Shown piece by piece: positions 45,612 to 55,316 of a DNA stretch of 64,000 nt (its first letter is position 1; every line of letters begins with the position of its first letter). The notes beneath the pieces are model-generated. The model saw only the letters and a list, made by a program, of their open reading frames with translations, did no database searches and had not been told where the DNA came from. A program made the translations under genes and the position numbers. The stretch covers positions 544,001 to 608,000 of the forward strand of contig OZ245817.1 in the NCBI GenBank assembly GCA_965228475.1, in the 5' to 3' direction. The DNA comes from Myxococcota bacterium. GTDB lineage: Bacteria > Myxococcota_A > UBA9160 > JAFDDA01.

Positions 45612-47119
45612 ACCTGATGATGCTGCTCGAGATGGCGAAGGAAAGCCACGCCGACCGGCGCGCCCTGACCTGTGGCGAGCGCTCCCACACCTACGGGGAG
45701 CTCTACGCTGCGGCCGGGCGGACGGCCGCAGCGCTGCGCAACCAGAGCCTCGCCCACGTCGCGCTGCTCGACGTTTCGACGCCCGCCGTTCCCTTCGCGC
45801 TGTTCGCGAGCGCCTGGGCCGGGCTCCCCTTCGTTCCGCTGAACTACCGCCTCGCCGACGAAGCCCTCGCCGGGCTCTTCGCGCGGATCGCTCCGGCTCG
45901 CCTCTTCGCCCACCCCGAGCGGAGCGCGCAGCTCGCCGCGCACGAAGGCCTCGACGTGACGGCGCGCGACGCACTGCTGGCAAGCGCCGAGGCCGGCGAC
46001 GTGCCCGAGGCCGATTGGAGCATGGACCCCGAAGAGATCGCGATCCTGCTCTTCACGAGCGGGACCACCGGCGAGCCGAAGGCCGCGGTGCTCCGCCACA
46101 AGAATCTCGTCTCGTACGTGCTCGGGACCGTCGAGTTCGCCGGCGCGGCCGAGGAGGACGCCGCGCTCGTGTGCGTCCCGCCCTACCACATCGCCGGAAT
46201 GGCCTCGGTCCTGACCTCGGTCTACGCCGGGCGCCGCATCGTCCAGCTCCCGGAGTTCGATCCGCACGCGTGGCTCCGCGTCGCCCGGGAGGAGTGCGTG
46301 ACCAACGCCTTCGTCGTTCCGACCATGATGTCGCGCATCCTCGACGCGCTCGAGGGCTCCCCGGCGGAGCTTCCGCACCTGCGCGCCCTCAGCTACGGCG
46401 GCGGCAAGATGCCGCGCCCCGTGATCGAGCGCGCCATGGAAGCCTTCCCCGGCGTCGCCTTCGCCAATGCCTACGGCCTGACCGAGACGAGCTCGACGCT
46501 CTCGATCCTCACGCCCGAAGATCACCGCGAGGCGATGGCGAGCGAAGCGCCCGCCGTGCGCCGCCGCATCGCTTCGGTCGGGAAGCCGCTGCCGGGCCTC
46601 GAGGTCGAGATCCGCGACGAGGCCGGCCGTGCCGTGCCGCCGGGCGTCGTCGGCGAGATCCACGTTCGCGGAGAGCAGGTCGCCGGGGAGTACCTCGGAC
46701 AGGGCAGCCGGTTCACGAGCGACGGCTTCTTCCCGACGCGCGACGGGGGCTTCCTCGACGACGCGGGCTACCTCTTCCTCGAGGGGCGCATCGACGACGT
46801 GATCGTGCGCGGGGGCGAGAACATGAGCCCCGGCGAGATCGAGGACGTGCTGCTCGGCCACGACGCCGTCGCCGACGTCTGCGTGGTCGGCACGGCCGAC
46901 GAGCAATGGGGCGAGGCCGTCGCCGCGGTGGTGGTGCTGCGTTCCGGTACGGCGGAGGACGATGCCCTCCGGCAGGCGCTCCGCGAACACGTCCGTGCCG
47001 CGCTCCGCGGTTCGCGCGTCCCCGCACGGATCGACTTTCGCCCGGCGCTGCCCTACAACGAGACCGGGAAGCTCCTGCGGCGGGAGGTGCGGGCGTGGCT
47101 CACGACGAAAGCGAACTAG
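45608..47119 (+). CDS. AMP-binding acyl-CoA synthetase
   Basis: FTSGTTGEPK, PPYHIAG, AYGLTET, TRDGG, LPYNETGKL. Confidence 0.93.
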   Translation: MNLMMLLEMAKESHADRRALTCGERSHTYGELYAAAGRTAAALRNQSLAHVALLDVSTPAVPFALFASAWAGLPFVPLNYRLADEALAGLFARIAPARLFAHPERSAQLAAHEGLDVTARDALLASAEAGDVPEADWSMDPEEIAILLFTSGTTGEPKAAVLRHKNLVSYVLGTVEFAGAAEEDAALVCVPPYHIAGMASVLTSVYAGRRIVQLPEFDPHAWLRVAREECVTNAFVVPTMMSRILDALEGSPAELPHLRALSYGGGKMPRPVIERAMEAFPGVAFANAYGLTETSSTLSILTPEDHREAMASEAPAVRRRIASVGKPLPGLEVEIRDEAGRAVPPGVVGEIHVRGEQVAGEYLGQGSRFTSDGFFPTRDGGFLDDAGYLFLEGRIDDVIVRGGENMSPGEIEDVLLGHDAVADVCVVGTADEQWGEAVAAVVVLRSGTAEDDALRQALREHVRAALRGSRVPARIDFRPALPYNETGKLLRREVRAWLTTKAN

Positions 47120-48129
47120 CGCACCGTTCCGAGCTGCTCGGGCTCGCCGAGGCGGCCGAGTGTCTCGCGTCCCCGTATGCGGAGGACGAGTACTCCGCGG
47201 CGAGCGGCGAGCCGTTGCTCGTGGTCGAACTCACCGGCGAGGCGCTTCCGAACGCGGAGGTCGCGCCGCTCGTCGATGCGCTCGCCGGCCTGGCCTGCGT
47301 GACCGTGGCGTTCGTGCCCGACGCGGCCGCGCCGGCCGCCGAAGGGCTCGCGGAGGCCTTCGACGTCCTCGTCGAGACCCCGGACGAGCTGGCGGCCCTC
47401 GACGAGCACGTCGGCCGCTCGCCCCTCGCCTCGACGGCCCTCGCTCAGCTGCTTCGCGGTACCGAGCGGCGCAGCCTCGAGCAGGGCCTCGTCGCGGAAT
47501 CCGTCACCTACTCGATGCTCCAGGCCGGCCCCGAGTTCGCGGCGTGGCTCGCGGCGCGGCCGACGCTCCGGCCGGAGGTGCCGGAGCGACCGCCCGTGCA
47601 GCTCTCCCGAGATGGCGCGCGCCTCGACGTATTGCTCGACCACCCGGCCAAGCGCAACGCCTACTCCGCCGCGATGCGCGACCTCCTCTGCGAGGGCCTC
47701 GAGCTCGCCGCGAGCGACGAAGCCATCGAGGAGGTCGTGCTGCGCGGCGCGGGCCCGGCCTTCTGCTCGGGCGGGGACCTCGACGAGTTCGGCCTGCTCG
47801 CGGACCCGGCCACCGCCCATGCGATTCGCACCACGCGCAGCGCCGCGCGCTGGCTCGCGCGGCTCGCTCCCCGCGTTCGCGCCGAACTTCACGGCCCGTG
47901 CATCGGAGCGGGCATCGAACTCCCGGCCTTCGCGGGCACCGTCCTCGCGGCCGAAGACACGACGCTCCACCTTCCGGAGGTCGACATGGGGCTCATCCCG
48001 GGCGCCGGCGGAACCGTCAGCCTGCCGCGGCGCATCGGCCGCCAGCGCACGGCCTGGCTCGCGCTCACCGGAACCCGCCTCGACCGCGAGACGGCGAAGG
48101 CCTGGAACCTCGTCGACGGGGACCTCTAG
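47095..48129 (+). CDS. Enoyl-CoA hydratase/isomerase family protein with N-terminal extension
   Basis: GTG behind GGAGG; PAKRNA, FCSGGDL, GAGIEL, LPEVDMGLIPGAGGT. Confidence 0.88.
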   Translation: MAHDESELAHRSELLGLAEAAECLASPYAEDEYSAASGEPLLVVELTGEALPNAEVAPLVDALAGLACVTVAFVPDAAAPAAEGLAEAFDVLVETPDELAALDEHVGRSPLASTALAQLLRGTERRSLEQGLVAESVTYSMLQAGPEFAAWLAARPTLRPEVPERPPVQLSRDGARLDVLLDHPAKRNAYSAAMRDLLCEGLELAASDEAIEEVVLRGAGPAFCSGGDLDEFGLLADPATAHAIRTTRSAARWLARLAPRVRAELHGPCIGAGIELPAFAGTVLAAEDTTLHLPEVDMGLIPGAGGTVSLPRRIGRQRTAWLALTGTRLDRETAKAWNLVDGDL

Positions 48130-48136
48130 CTCGGCC

Positions 48137-49354
48137 TCAGAGGATCGCGCCCGAGGCCTTGTACTCGAGCAGCCGCTCCATGTCGTAGCCGAGCTCCATC
48201 AGGACTTCGTCGGTCTGGGCGCCCATCTCGGGGCTCGTGCCGACGGGGACCGGACGCTCGTCGAACTGGACGGGGCTCGCGACGAGCCCGAACTCGATGC
48301 CGTCGCCGCGGTCGACTCGCGCGACGTAGCCGTTCTCGACGACCTGGGGGTCGTCGTGGAGTTCGGCGGCGCTCTGCATGGGCGCCCAGGGGCCTTCGAG
48401 CGTCACGAAGACCTCGCGCCACTCCTCGAGCGTCTTCTCCGCGAAGATCGCATCGAGGTCGGCGATGATCGCCTCGCGGTTCTTGAACCGCGCGCCGCCG
48501 TCCGCGCTCCTCGGATCGTCGATCCACTCGGGCCTGCCGACGTGGCGGCAGAAGTCCGGCCAGTGCTTGTCCGCCTGGAGCATCATCAGGAGCAGCCAGC
48601 GCTCGTCCTTCGTCTTGTAGGAGTTGCCGACGGGGTTCGGCGCGCCGCTCCGGCTGAAGGTCGGCGCGGCCCCCGGGCGGTCGATCAGCTTGCTCGCCAC
48701 GATGTCGGGCGAGAGCACCCACATCGCGGTGTTCAGCAGCGACACGTCGACGATGCCGGCCACGCCGGTCCGTTCCCGGCGAAGGAGCGCCGCAGCGATG
48801 CCGCCCGCGATGGTCATCGCACCGATGCCGTCGCCGAAGGCGGCCCGCTGCATGGTCGGGTTCTCCTGGCCGGCCGGCGTCAGCGCATGGGCGATGCCGC
48901 CGCGGCTCCAGAAGGCCGTGGCGTCGTAGCCGCCCTTGCCCGCATCGGGGCCCTTCGGGCCGTGCCCCGTCCCGCGCACGTAGATGCAGTTCGGGTTCAC
49001 CTTGCGGATGTCTTCCGGGTCGATCGCGAGGCGCGTCCGCGCGTCCGGCAGGAAGTTCGTGAGGAAGACGTCGGCGGTCTCGACCAGCCGGTAGAGCAGC
49101 TCGCGCCCGCCCTCGCTCGCGAGGTCGATGCCGACGCTGCGCTTCCCGCGGTTGCTCTGCTGCATCATGAAGTCGATGCCGCCCTCGGTGCTCTTGAAGC
49201 CGACGGCGGCGAGACCGCGCTGCCCGTCGCCCATCACCGGGTGCTCGATCTTGACGACGTCGGCGCCCCAATCCGCGCACACCGCGCCGGCGGCGGGAAC
49301 GAACCACCACTGGGCCACCTCGACGATCCGGATCCCTTCCATGGCGCCCTGCAT
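48137..49354 (-). CDS. CaiB/BaiF family CoA-transferase
   Basis: ADWGADVVKIEHP, NRGKRS, ADVFLTNF, GYD, FGD, PEMGAQT. Confidence 0.93.
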   Translation of the reverse strand: MQGAMEGIRIVEVAQWWFVPAAGAVCADWGADVVKIEHPVMGDGQRGLAAVGFKSTEGGIDFMMQQSNRGKRSVGIDLASEGGRELLYRLVETADVFLTNFLPDARTRLAIDPEDIRKVNPNCIYVRGTGHGPKGPDAGKGGYDATAFWSRGGIAHALTPAGQENPTMQRAAFGDGIGAMTIAGGIAAALLRRERTGVAGIVDVSLLNTAMWVLSPDIVASKLIDRPGAAPTFSRSGAPNPVGNSYKTKDERWLLLMMLQADKHWPDFCRHVGRPEWIDDPRSADGGARFKNREAIIADLDAIFAEKTLEEWREVFVTLEGPWAPMQSAAELHDDPQVVENGYVARVDRGDGIEFGLVASPVQFDERPVPVGTSPEMGAQTDEVLMELGYDMERLLEYKASGAIL

Positions 49355-49391
49355 CGCGTGTCCTCCTCGGTTCCGTCGATCCTATCATGAA

Positions 49392-49409
49392 CTTACAGTG
49401 TGCTATAAG
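49392..49409. promoter_or_regulatory. Palindromic putative TetR operator in the divergent promoter
   Basis: CTTACAG-TGTG-CTATAAG in an AT-rich patch between caiB and tetR. Confidence 0.55.
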
Positions 49410-49433
49410 AATCCCGCGGCCGGGGAGGAGTCC

Positions 49434-50045
49434 ATGGGCGAGGCGCAGGCGGCTCCGGTCGGGCGGCGCGAGCAGCGCAAGCGAGAGGTCCGCGAGCGGA
49501 TCCTCGCCGCCGCCGAGGCGCTGTTCCTCGAGCAGGGCTTCGAGGCGACGACGGTGGACCAGATCGTCGAGGCGGCCGAGGTCGCCCAGAAGACCTTCTT
49601 CAACCACTTCCGGACGAAGCAGGCCGTGCTCGAGGTCGTCGCGAGCGCGCGGCTCGGCGTCTTCGAGCGCGCCGTGGCGTCGGCGCGCCGGGGTCCCGGC
49701 GGGACGCGGGAGCGGCTCGAGCGCACCTTCGACCGGCTCTCCCGCCGCGCGTCCGAAACGAGCGGCCTCGTCCGCGACCTCACCCTGCACGGCCTGCGCA
49801 CGGCTCGCCACGCCAAGGGGTTCGGGACGATGCAGGCGGCGATCGCGGACCTCCTGCGCGACGGTCAGCGGGCGGGCGACGTCCGCGAGGATCACGACCT
49901 CGAGTTCATGGCGGAGCTCGTCGTCGGCGCCTACAGCATGGTGATGATCCAGTGGGCGAAGGACGCCGACTACCCGGTCCGAGCGCGCCTGCGCGAGACG
50001 GCGCGCTTCCTCGGGGAAGCCGTGATGCCGAGGGAGGACGCATGA
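49434..50045 (+). CDS. TetR/AcrR family transcriptional regulator
   Basis: LFLEQGFEATTVDQIVEAAEVAQKTFFNHFRTK; GGAGGAG SD. Confidence 0.93.
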   Translation: MGEAQAAPVGRREQRKREVRERILAAAEALFLEQGFEATTVDQIVEAAEVAQKTFFNHFRTKQAVLEVVASARLGVFERAVASARRGPGGTRERLERTFDRLSRRASETSGLVRDLTLHGLRTARHAKGFGTMQAAIADLLRDGQRAGDVREDHDLEFMAELVVGAYSMVMIQWAKDADYPVRARLRETARFLGEAVMPREDA

Positions 50046-50893
50046 AGAATCTCGAAGGACGAACCGCCGTCGTAACGGGCGCGGCGAGCGGGATCGGCCT
50101 GGCGATGGTGCGTTGCTTCACCCGTGCCGGCATGCGCGTCGCCATGGCCGACGTCGAGCGGGGGGCGCTCGCGACCGCGGCGCGCGAGTTCGATCCGGCG
50201 GGCGTTCTCCCCGTCGTCACGGACGTGAGCGACGCCCGCGCCGTGACCGAGCTCGCGGACCGTGCCCAGGAGGCCTTCGGCGCCGTCCATCTGGTCTGCA
50301 ACAACGCGGGCGTGTTCACGGGCGGCCTTTCCTGGGAGGCGCCCCAGGAAGACTGGGACTGGGTCTTCGGCGTGAACGTCCAGGGCGTCGTGAACGGCCT
50401 TCGGACCTTCGTGCCGCGCCTGCTCGAGCAGGGCGAGGGGCACGTGGTGAATACGGCGTCCATGGCCGGCGTCACCGCGACGCCGCTCACCGGCGTCTAC
50501 AACGCGAGCAAGCACGCCGTCGTCTCCCTTTCGGAGACGCTCTACCTGGAGCTCGAGGCGCAGGACGCCGACGTCGGCGTCTCCGTCGTCTGCCCGGAGG
50601 CCGTGCGCACCGGCATCGCCCGCGCCGAACGCAACCGCCCCGACGGGCGCCGCATCCCCGAGACCGCCCTCAGCAAGGAGCGGCAGGTGGTGGGGCAGGC
50701 GATCACCGCGGCCGCGGAGGCGGGGCTCGACCCGGCCGTCATCGCCGAGCGCACGCTTCGCGCCGTCGAGGAAGGCCGCTTCTGGGTGCTCGCCGAAGAC
50801 GAGTTCTGGCGCCAGGCCTGCCTGAACCGTCTCGAAGGGATCCGCCGCCAGGAGAACCCGGGCTTCCGGGCGCCGGAGGGCTACGAGGACTGA
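50042..50893 (+). CDS. Short-chain dehydrogenase/reductase
   Basis: ATGA overlap; TGAASGIG, CNNAGV, NTASMAG, YNASK. Confidence 0.93.
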   Translation: MKNLEGRTAVVTGAASGIGLAMVRCFTRAGMRVAMADVERGALATAAREFDPAGVLPVVTDVSDARAVTELADRAQEAFGAVHLVCNNAGVFTGGLSWEAPQEDWDWVFGVNVQGVVNGLRTFVPRLLEQGEGHVVNTASMAGVTATPLTGVYNASKHAVVSLSETLYLELEAQDADVGVSVVCPEAVRTGIARAERNRPDGRRIPETALSKERQVVGQAITAAAEAGLDPAVIAERTLRAVEEGRFWVLAEDEFWRQACLNRLEGIRRQENPGFRAPEGYED

Positions 50894-50906
50894 GCTCCGC
50901 CGGTGC

Positions 50907-51182
50907 CTAGGCGGGCGGACCCGCCCGGCGAAGCGCCTCGGTCGCCAGCCGTTCGAGGGCGAAGAGCCGGCGTCGAAGCCGGAGCACGACTTCGACGCCC
51001 GCGGCGTTGACCTCGAGGTCGTGCATCAGCACGGTGGCGACGCGAAGCTCCTCCGCTTCTTCGAGCAGGAGCTCCTCGGCCTCGAAGAGCCCCTCCTCGC
51101 GGAGCGATTCGATCACCCCGGCCCGCTCGACCCCGAGGTAGGCGAGCAGCTCGCGGACTCGGACGCGCTCCCGCCCACTCAC
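50907..51182 (-). CDS. cbpM: Chaperone modulator CbpM-like (MerR-like) protein
   Basis: GTGA-coupled to a DnaJ-class gene; LMHDLEVNAAGVEVVLRL signature. Confidence 0.75.
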   Translation of the reverse strand: MSGRERVRVRELLAYLGVERAGVIESLREEGLFEAEELLLEEAEELRVATVLMHDLEVNAAGVEVVLRLRRRLFALERLATEALRRAGPPA

Positions 51183-52168
51183 GAGAGGAGATCCTTGCGC
51201 GGATCCTGCGGCCCCAGCTCGCCGGTCGCTTCGACGCGCTCGCGGCCGGCATCGTCCAGATCCTTCGGGACGCGGATGCGCACGGTCACGTAGAGGTCAC
51301 CCGCGGCGCTTCGCCCCGCACCGGGAATCCCCTTGCCGCGCAGCCGGAGGCGCTGGCCGCCGTCGGTGCCGGCGGGGAGGGTGAGGGTCGCCGTGCCTTC
51401 GAGGGTCGGCACCTCGAGCTGCGCGCCGAGCGTCGCCTCCGCGAACGTCACGGGGACGTCGAGGTGGAGGTCGCGGCCTTCGCGCCGGAACATCGGATCC
51501 TTCGCCACGCGCAGCGTCGCGTACAGGTCTCCGGCGGGGCCGCCGCCGCGTCCTTCGGACCCCTTGCCCGGGATGCGGATGCGCGCGCCGTCGATCATGC
51601 CGCGCGGCACCTTCACGGTGATCGATTCGGTCGCCGAGGCCGGGCCGCCGCTGCGCGCGAGACTCAGGCGCCGCTCGCAGCCGAGCGCCGCTTCGCGCAG
51701 GGAGAGGTGGAGTTCGGCTTCGAGGTCGGCGCCGCGCCGCGGGCCCGCCGCACGCTGCTGGCCCATCATGCGGGCGATCAGGTCCTCGAGGTCGCCGCCG
51801 AACTGGAAGGATTCGGCCCCCTCGCCGAAGCCGCCGCTGCGGAACTCGCCTCCACCGAACCCGCCTCCACCAAACCCGCCTCCACCGAACTGGGAATGGA
51901 AGGCGCCCTGGGCGCGCCGGGCTGCTTCGGCGTCGAAGCCGCCCTCGAGGGAGACGTCGCCGAACTCGTCGTAGTCGCGCCGCTTGGCCTCGTCCGAGAG
52001 CACGGCATAGGCCTCGGAGACCTCCTTGAAGCGCGCTTCGGCGGCCTCGTCCCCCGGATTCACGTCCGGGTGGAGCTGGCGCGCGAGCTTGCGGTAGGCC
52101 TTCTTCAGGGCGTCCGCGTCGACGTCCGAGGGGACGCCCAGCACCTCGTAGAGATTCTTCCGGGCCAT
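51179..52168 (-). CDS. cbpA: DnaJ-class co-chaperone without Zn finger (CbpA-like)
   Basis: J-domain with HPD, G/F-rich linker, DnaJ C-terminal domain (GDLY repeats), no CxxCxGxG. Confidence 0.88.
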   Translation of the reverse strand: MARKNLYEVLGVPSDVDADALKKAYRKLARQLHPDVNPGDEAAEARFKEVSEAYAVLSDEAKRRDYDEFGDVSLEGGFDAEAARRAQGAFHSQFGGGGFGGGGFGGGEFRSGGFGEGAESFQFGGDLEDLIARMMGQQRAAGPRRGADLEAELHLSLREAALGCERRLSLARSGGPASATESITVKVPRGMIDGARIRIPGKGSEGRGGGPAGDLYATLRVAKDPMFRREGRDLHLDVPVTFAEATLGAQLEVPTLEGTATLTLPAGTDGGQRLRLRGKGIPGAGRSAAGDLYVTVRIRVPKDLDDAGRERVEATGELGPQDPRKDLLS

Positions 52169-52216
52169 GGCCCAAGAACCTAAGCACCGCGGGCGCCGCG
52201 TCCAGCCCGGGCGCAG

Positions 52217-52861
52217 CTAGCTCCGGCGACGCTCGAGCAGCACCTGGAAGCGCTCCTTCCAGGCCTCGGAGAGCGGCTCGATCGCCAGGATCGCCTCCCG
52301 CTCGGCCTCGCCCCCGTGGAACATGGCGCGGCCGAGCTGCTGGAGGGTGAAGCCCTCGGGCCCGCGCGCGACGAGCTCGGCCGGCTCCCCGGCGGCGAGG
52401 GTGCCGGGCTCGATCACCCGGACGTACCAGCCGGAGCGGCCGCTTTCGATGATCCATTTCAGGAGCTGCGGGACACCCGCGTTCAGGCCGGGCTTGGCGC
52501 AGCGCTCCGTCGGCATGCTGACCTCGACGAGGGCCGTCCCGATCCGCAGGCGGTCGCCCGGCCGGGCCTCGGTCTCGTCGTAGCCCTCGAGGAGCACGTT
52601 CTCTCCGAAGGTCGAGGGTGGAAAGGCCTGCCCGGCGAGGGATTCGAAGTGCGCGTAGCTCTCCCGGGCGAAGACGTGCAGGGCCCGCTCGGGCCCGCCG
52701 TGGACGTGGCGCTCGTAGACCTCGTCGCCTTCGAGCCCCGTCGTCCCGAGTGCGGCGCCGCCGGAGAGTTCCGTCTTGCGGATCGCACTCGAGTCCGGAT
52801 CGCCGCCGCCGGAAGGGAAGGGCGCGACGCGGCCGGTTCGCACGGAGAGGATGCGGATCAT
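52217..52861 (-). CDS. MOSC domain protein (YiiM-like)
   Basis: GLEGD, HGGPERA, FGEN, PTERCAK, GWYVRVIEPG. Confidence 0.9.
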   Translation of the reverse strand: MIRILSVRTGRVAPFPSGGGDPDSSAIRKTELSGGAALGTTGLEGDEVYERHVHGGPERALHVFARESYAHFESLAGQAFPPSTFGENVLLEGYDETEARPGDRLRIGTALVEVSMPTERCAKPGLNAGVPQLLKWIIESGRSGWYVRVIEPGTLAAGEPAELVARGPEGFTLQQLGRAMFHGGEAEREAILAIEPLSEAWKERFQVLLERRRS

Positions 52862-52915
52862 GCCGCCGAGTGTAGGGCGAGCCGCACGGGACTGCCCCGG
52901 GGCCGAAGCATTGCC

Positions 52916-53647
52916 CTAGGAAGTCTGCGGCGAGGTCGGGTCGAGGGAGGCCGCGAGGCCGGCGATGAGGTGCCGCGCTCCGTCGGCGAAGGTCTCGTCC
53001 GCTTCGCCCTTGGCGAAGTGCGGCAGGAGCTCCATCAGCTCCTGGATCTGTTCGGTCTCTGGGGAGCCGGCCGGCGGAAAGGCCGAGATCACGACGGCGC
53101 CCACCTCGACGCCCGGGTAGGCCTGGCGGGTGCGGATCTCGGTCATCGCGTAGCCGAACGTGAACCACATGATCTCGCGCGAGGCGCGCACCACGCTCGC
53201 ATCGTCGAAGCCCGCGGAGCGCAGCACGACGAGCAGGGAGTTGATCGTGCGGAGAAAGGCCGGCGCATAGCGAGAGTGCGTGCGCAGGAGCGGGAGGACC
53301 GAGGGGTGCTCCCGCAGCTGGGAGCGCACGCCGTGCATCCAGGCGAGGGCGCGGACGGTCCAGTCGCCGTCCTCCGGCACTTCGAGATCCAGGCGGTCGA
53401 GGACGAGGCTCGTCACGCCATCGAGCAGGTCGTCCTTGTTCCGGATGTGGCGGTAGAGCGACATCGGAGCGGTGTCGAGGGCGCTCGCGAGCGCCCGCAT
53501 GCTGACGCCGGCATCCACGTCGTCGCCGAGCAGCTCGAGCGCCTTCTCGAGGATGCGTTGGCGGGAGAGAGGTTCGCGGCGGGGGCGGGAGCGGGGCGTT
53601 CGGCCAGCGGCCGCGCGCGCCGCGGCTCCGGGCGAGTTCTTCGGCAT
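52916..53647 (-). CDS. TetR family regulator with TetR_C-like domain
   Basis: LSRQRILEKALEL, SMRALASALDTAPMSLYRHIRNKDDLLD. Confidence 0.92.
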   Translation of the reverse strand: MPKNSPGAAARAAAGRTPRSRPRREPLSRQRILEKALELLGDDVDAGVSMRALASALDTAPMSLYRHIRNKDDLLDGVTSLVLDRLDLEVPEDGDWTVRALAWMHGVRSQLREHPSVLPLLRTHSRYAPAFLRTINSLLVVLRSAGFDDASVVRASREIMWFTFGYAMTEIRTRQAYPGVEVGAVVISAFPPAGSPETEQIQELMELLPHFAKGEADETFADGARHLIAGLAASLDPTSPQTS

Positions 53648-53695
53648 GAGGGTCTCCGGCCGGCACTGGGCGGGGCGCCGGCGGCGTACGCCATA

Positions 53696-53710
53696 GCGTA
53701 CATCGTACGC
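53696..53710. promoter_or_regulatory. Palindromic putative TetR operator GCGTAC-ATC-GTACGC
   Basis: Perfect 6-3-6 palindrome upstream of the tetR, with a second GCGTACGC at 53684-53691. Confidence 0.65.
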
Positions 53711-53970
53711 GGCCGGTTTCCAGTCCCGATCGGATCGCGGCGGGTCTTCTTCGAGGCTCGGAAGCCGGCGCCGCGACGCGGTCGCTTCGACGCATGGACG
53801 CGCCGCGTCGAACGGTGCGCGCCGCCGCTCGAAACCATTCCGGCACGCCGGGCGTCCCTGTCTTTGAAGGCGAGGCCCTGTGATAGGCTAGGCCGCCTTT
53901 CCGACCGGGCCGCGTCACGGCCGGCCGGTTCGGTTCGTCCACCGGGTTCCTTCTGGGGGAAGTCCTTCCG

Positions 53971-55305
53971 ATGCATCGCACCCAAGCTGCTCGTCTCCTC
54001 ACGTTCGCACTCGCATTCGCCTCGCTGGCGCTTCCCGGGAAGACGCTCGCCCAGGAGGACGCCACCGCGGCCGGTCCGGCGTTCAAGGAAGGCGACGTGC
54101 TCGGCTTCGAGCAGCTCGACCAGCTGAAGAAGTATCTCCCCGAGGAGTTCTGGGACAACCGGGACTTCTTCTTCTACGAAGGCATGACCCTCGAGATCGG
54201 TCCGGCCAACGCGGACTACTCCCCGGCGGAGGCCTTCCAGGAGGCTACGGAGAAGTTCAAGGGCACGGCGCGGATCGGCCCCGACGGAAGCCTCGAGAAC
54301 TACACCGCCGGCACGCCCTTCCCGATGTCCGACTTCGACTGCAAGGGCGACCCCCAGGCCGGCTCGAAGTTCATGTGGAACTTCGAGCGCCGCTGGAGCG
54401 GCGGCGGCGGCGAGGCCCGCTTCTTCTACTCGTATTGGGACCGCGGCGAGCGCCTGCCGCTCTACTACGAGGGCACGGGCCGCGGGATTCCGCTCTCCTA
54501 CCGCGTCGAGCCCCAATACCTCGAGAAGAACAACGGCGACCTCTTCCGCAACGAGAAGCGCCGCGTGGCGAGCGGCGCCGAGGTGACGGCGCCCTTCGAT
54601 GCCCGCGGCATCAAGCTCCTCACCTACCGCTACAAGAGCAGCTACGGCCCGCTCGACGAAGCGAAGAACGACGACACCTGGGTCTACGTGCCGACGCTCC
54701 GCCGCGTGCGCCGCATCTCGGCCGCCCAGCGCACGGACGCGATCTCGGGCACGGACTTCACCTTCGACGATCTCTTCAGCTTCAACGGCATCGTCCCCCA
54801 GTACGAGTGGACCTGCCTCGGCGAGTTCGACTACATCGCCCCGGGGAACACCAAGATCAAGGGCTACCCCTACGTGAAGGACCAGAACTACGGCCCCTAC
54901 GGCCTCTCGCTCGCGAGCGACCGCTGGGAGATGCGCAAGATGGTGAAGGTCCGGATGAAGCCGAAGAATCCCGACCATCCGTACTCGTACAAGGACATCT
55001 ACGTCGACCGCGAGACCTTCGAGCCGCACTACTCCTTCGCGTACGACCAGAAGGACGAGCTCTGGAAGATCATCTGGCACGCGAAGCGCTGGAGTGAGGA
55101 CACGAGCCTCGCCGGCACCTGGTACGAAGGCTGGGAAGGCGTCTCGGAGCCCCGCGACTTCCGGACCGTCGCCGACATCATCGTGAACGTGCAGACCGGA
55201 ACCGGGAACCGCATCGAGTTCTTCGATGCCACGGGCGAGCCGCTGTCCTCGAAGGCGAAGATCCGTCGCTACATCGACACGGGCCGCCTCACGATGGGCC
55301 GCTAG
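53971..55305 (+). CDS. DUF1329 family exported protein, paralog 2
   Basis: Signal peptide ending TLA-QE; long stretches identical to 13060-14430 (for example DDTWVY..LRRVRRIS.AQRTDAISGTDFTFDDL). Confidence 0.85.
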   Translation: MHRTQAARLLTFALAFASLALPGKTLAQEDATAAGPAFKEGDVLGFEQLDQLKKYLPEEFWDNRDFFFYEGMTLEIGPANADYSPAEAFQEATEKFKGTARIGPDGSLENYTAGTPFPMSDFDCKGDPQAGSKFMWNFERRWSGGGGEARFFYSYWDRGERLPLYYEGTGRGIPLSYRVEPQYLEKNNGDLFRNEKRRVASGAEVTAPFDARGIKLLTYRYKSSYGPLDEAKNDDTWVYVPTLRRVRRISAAQRTDAISGTDFTFDDLFSFNGIVPQYEWTCLGEFDYIAPGNTKIKGYPYVKDQNYGPYGLSLASDRWEMRKMVKVRMKPKNPDHPYSYKDIYVDRETFEPHYSFAYDQKDELWKIIWHAKRWSEDTSLAGTWYEGWEGVSEPRDFRTVADIIVNVQTGTGNRIEFFDATGEPLSSKAKIRRYIDTGRLTMGR

Positions 55306-55316
55306 CCGGACGAAGG

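Noticed and set aside
51846..51890. 15-bp tandem repeat x3
   Set aside because: It encodes the ordinary GGGFG G/F linker of the DnaJ-class protein; it is not a CRISPR array or a regulatory repeat.
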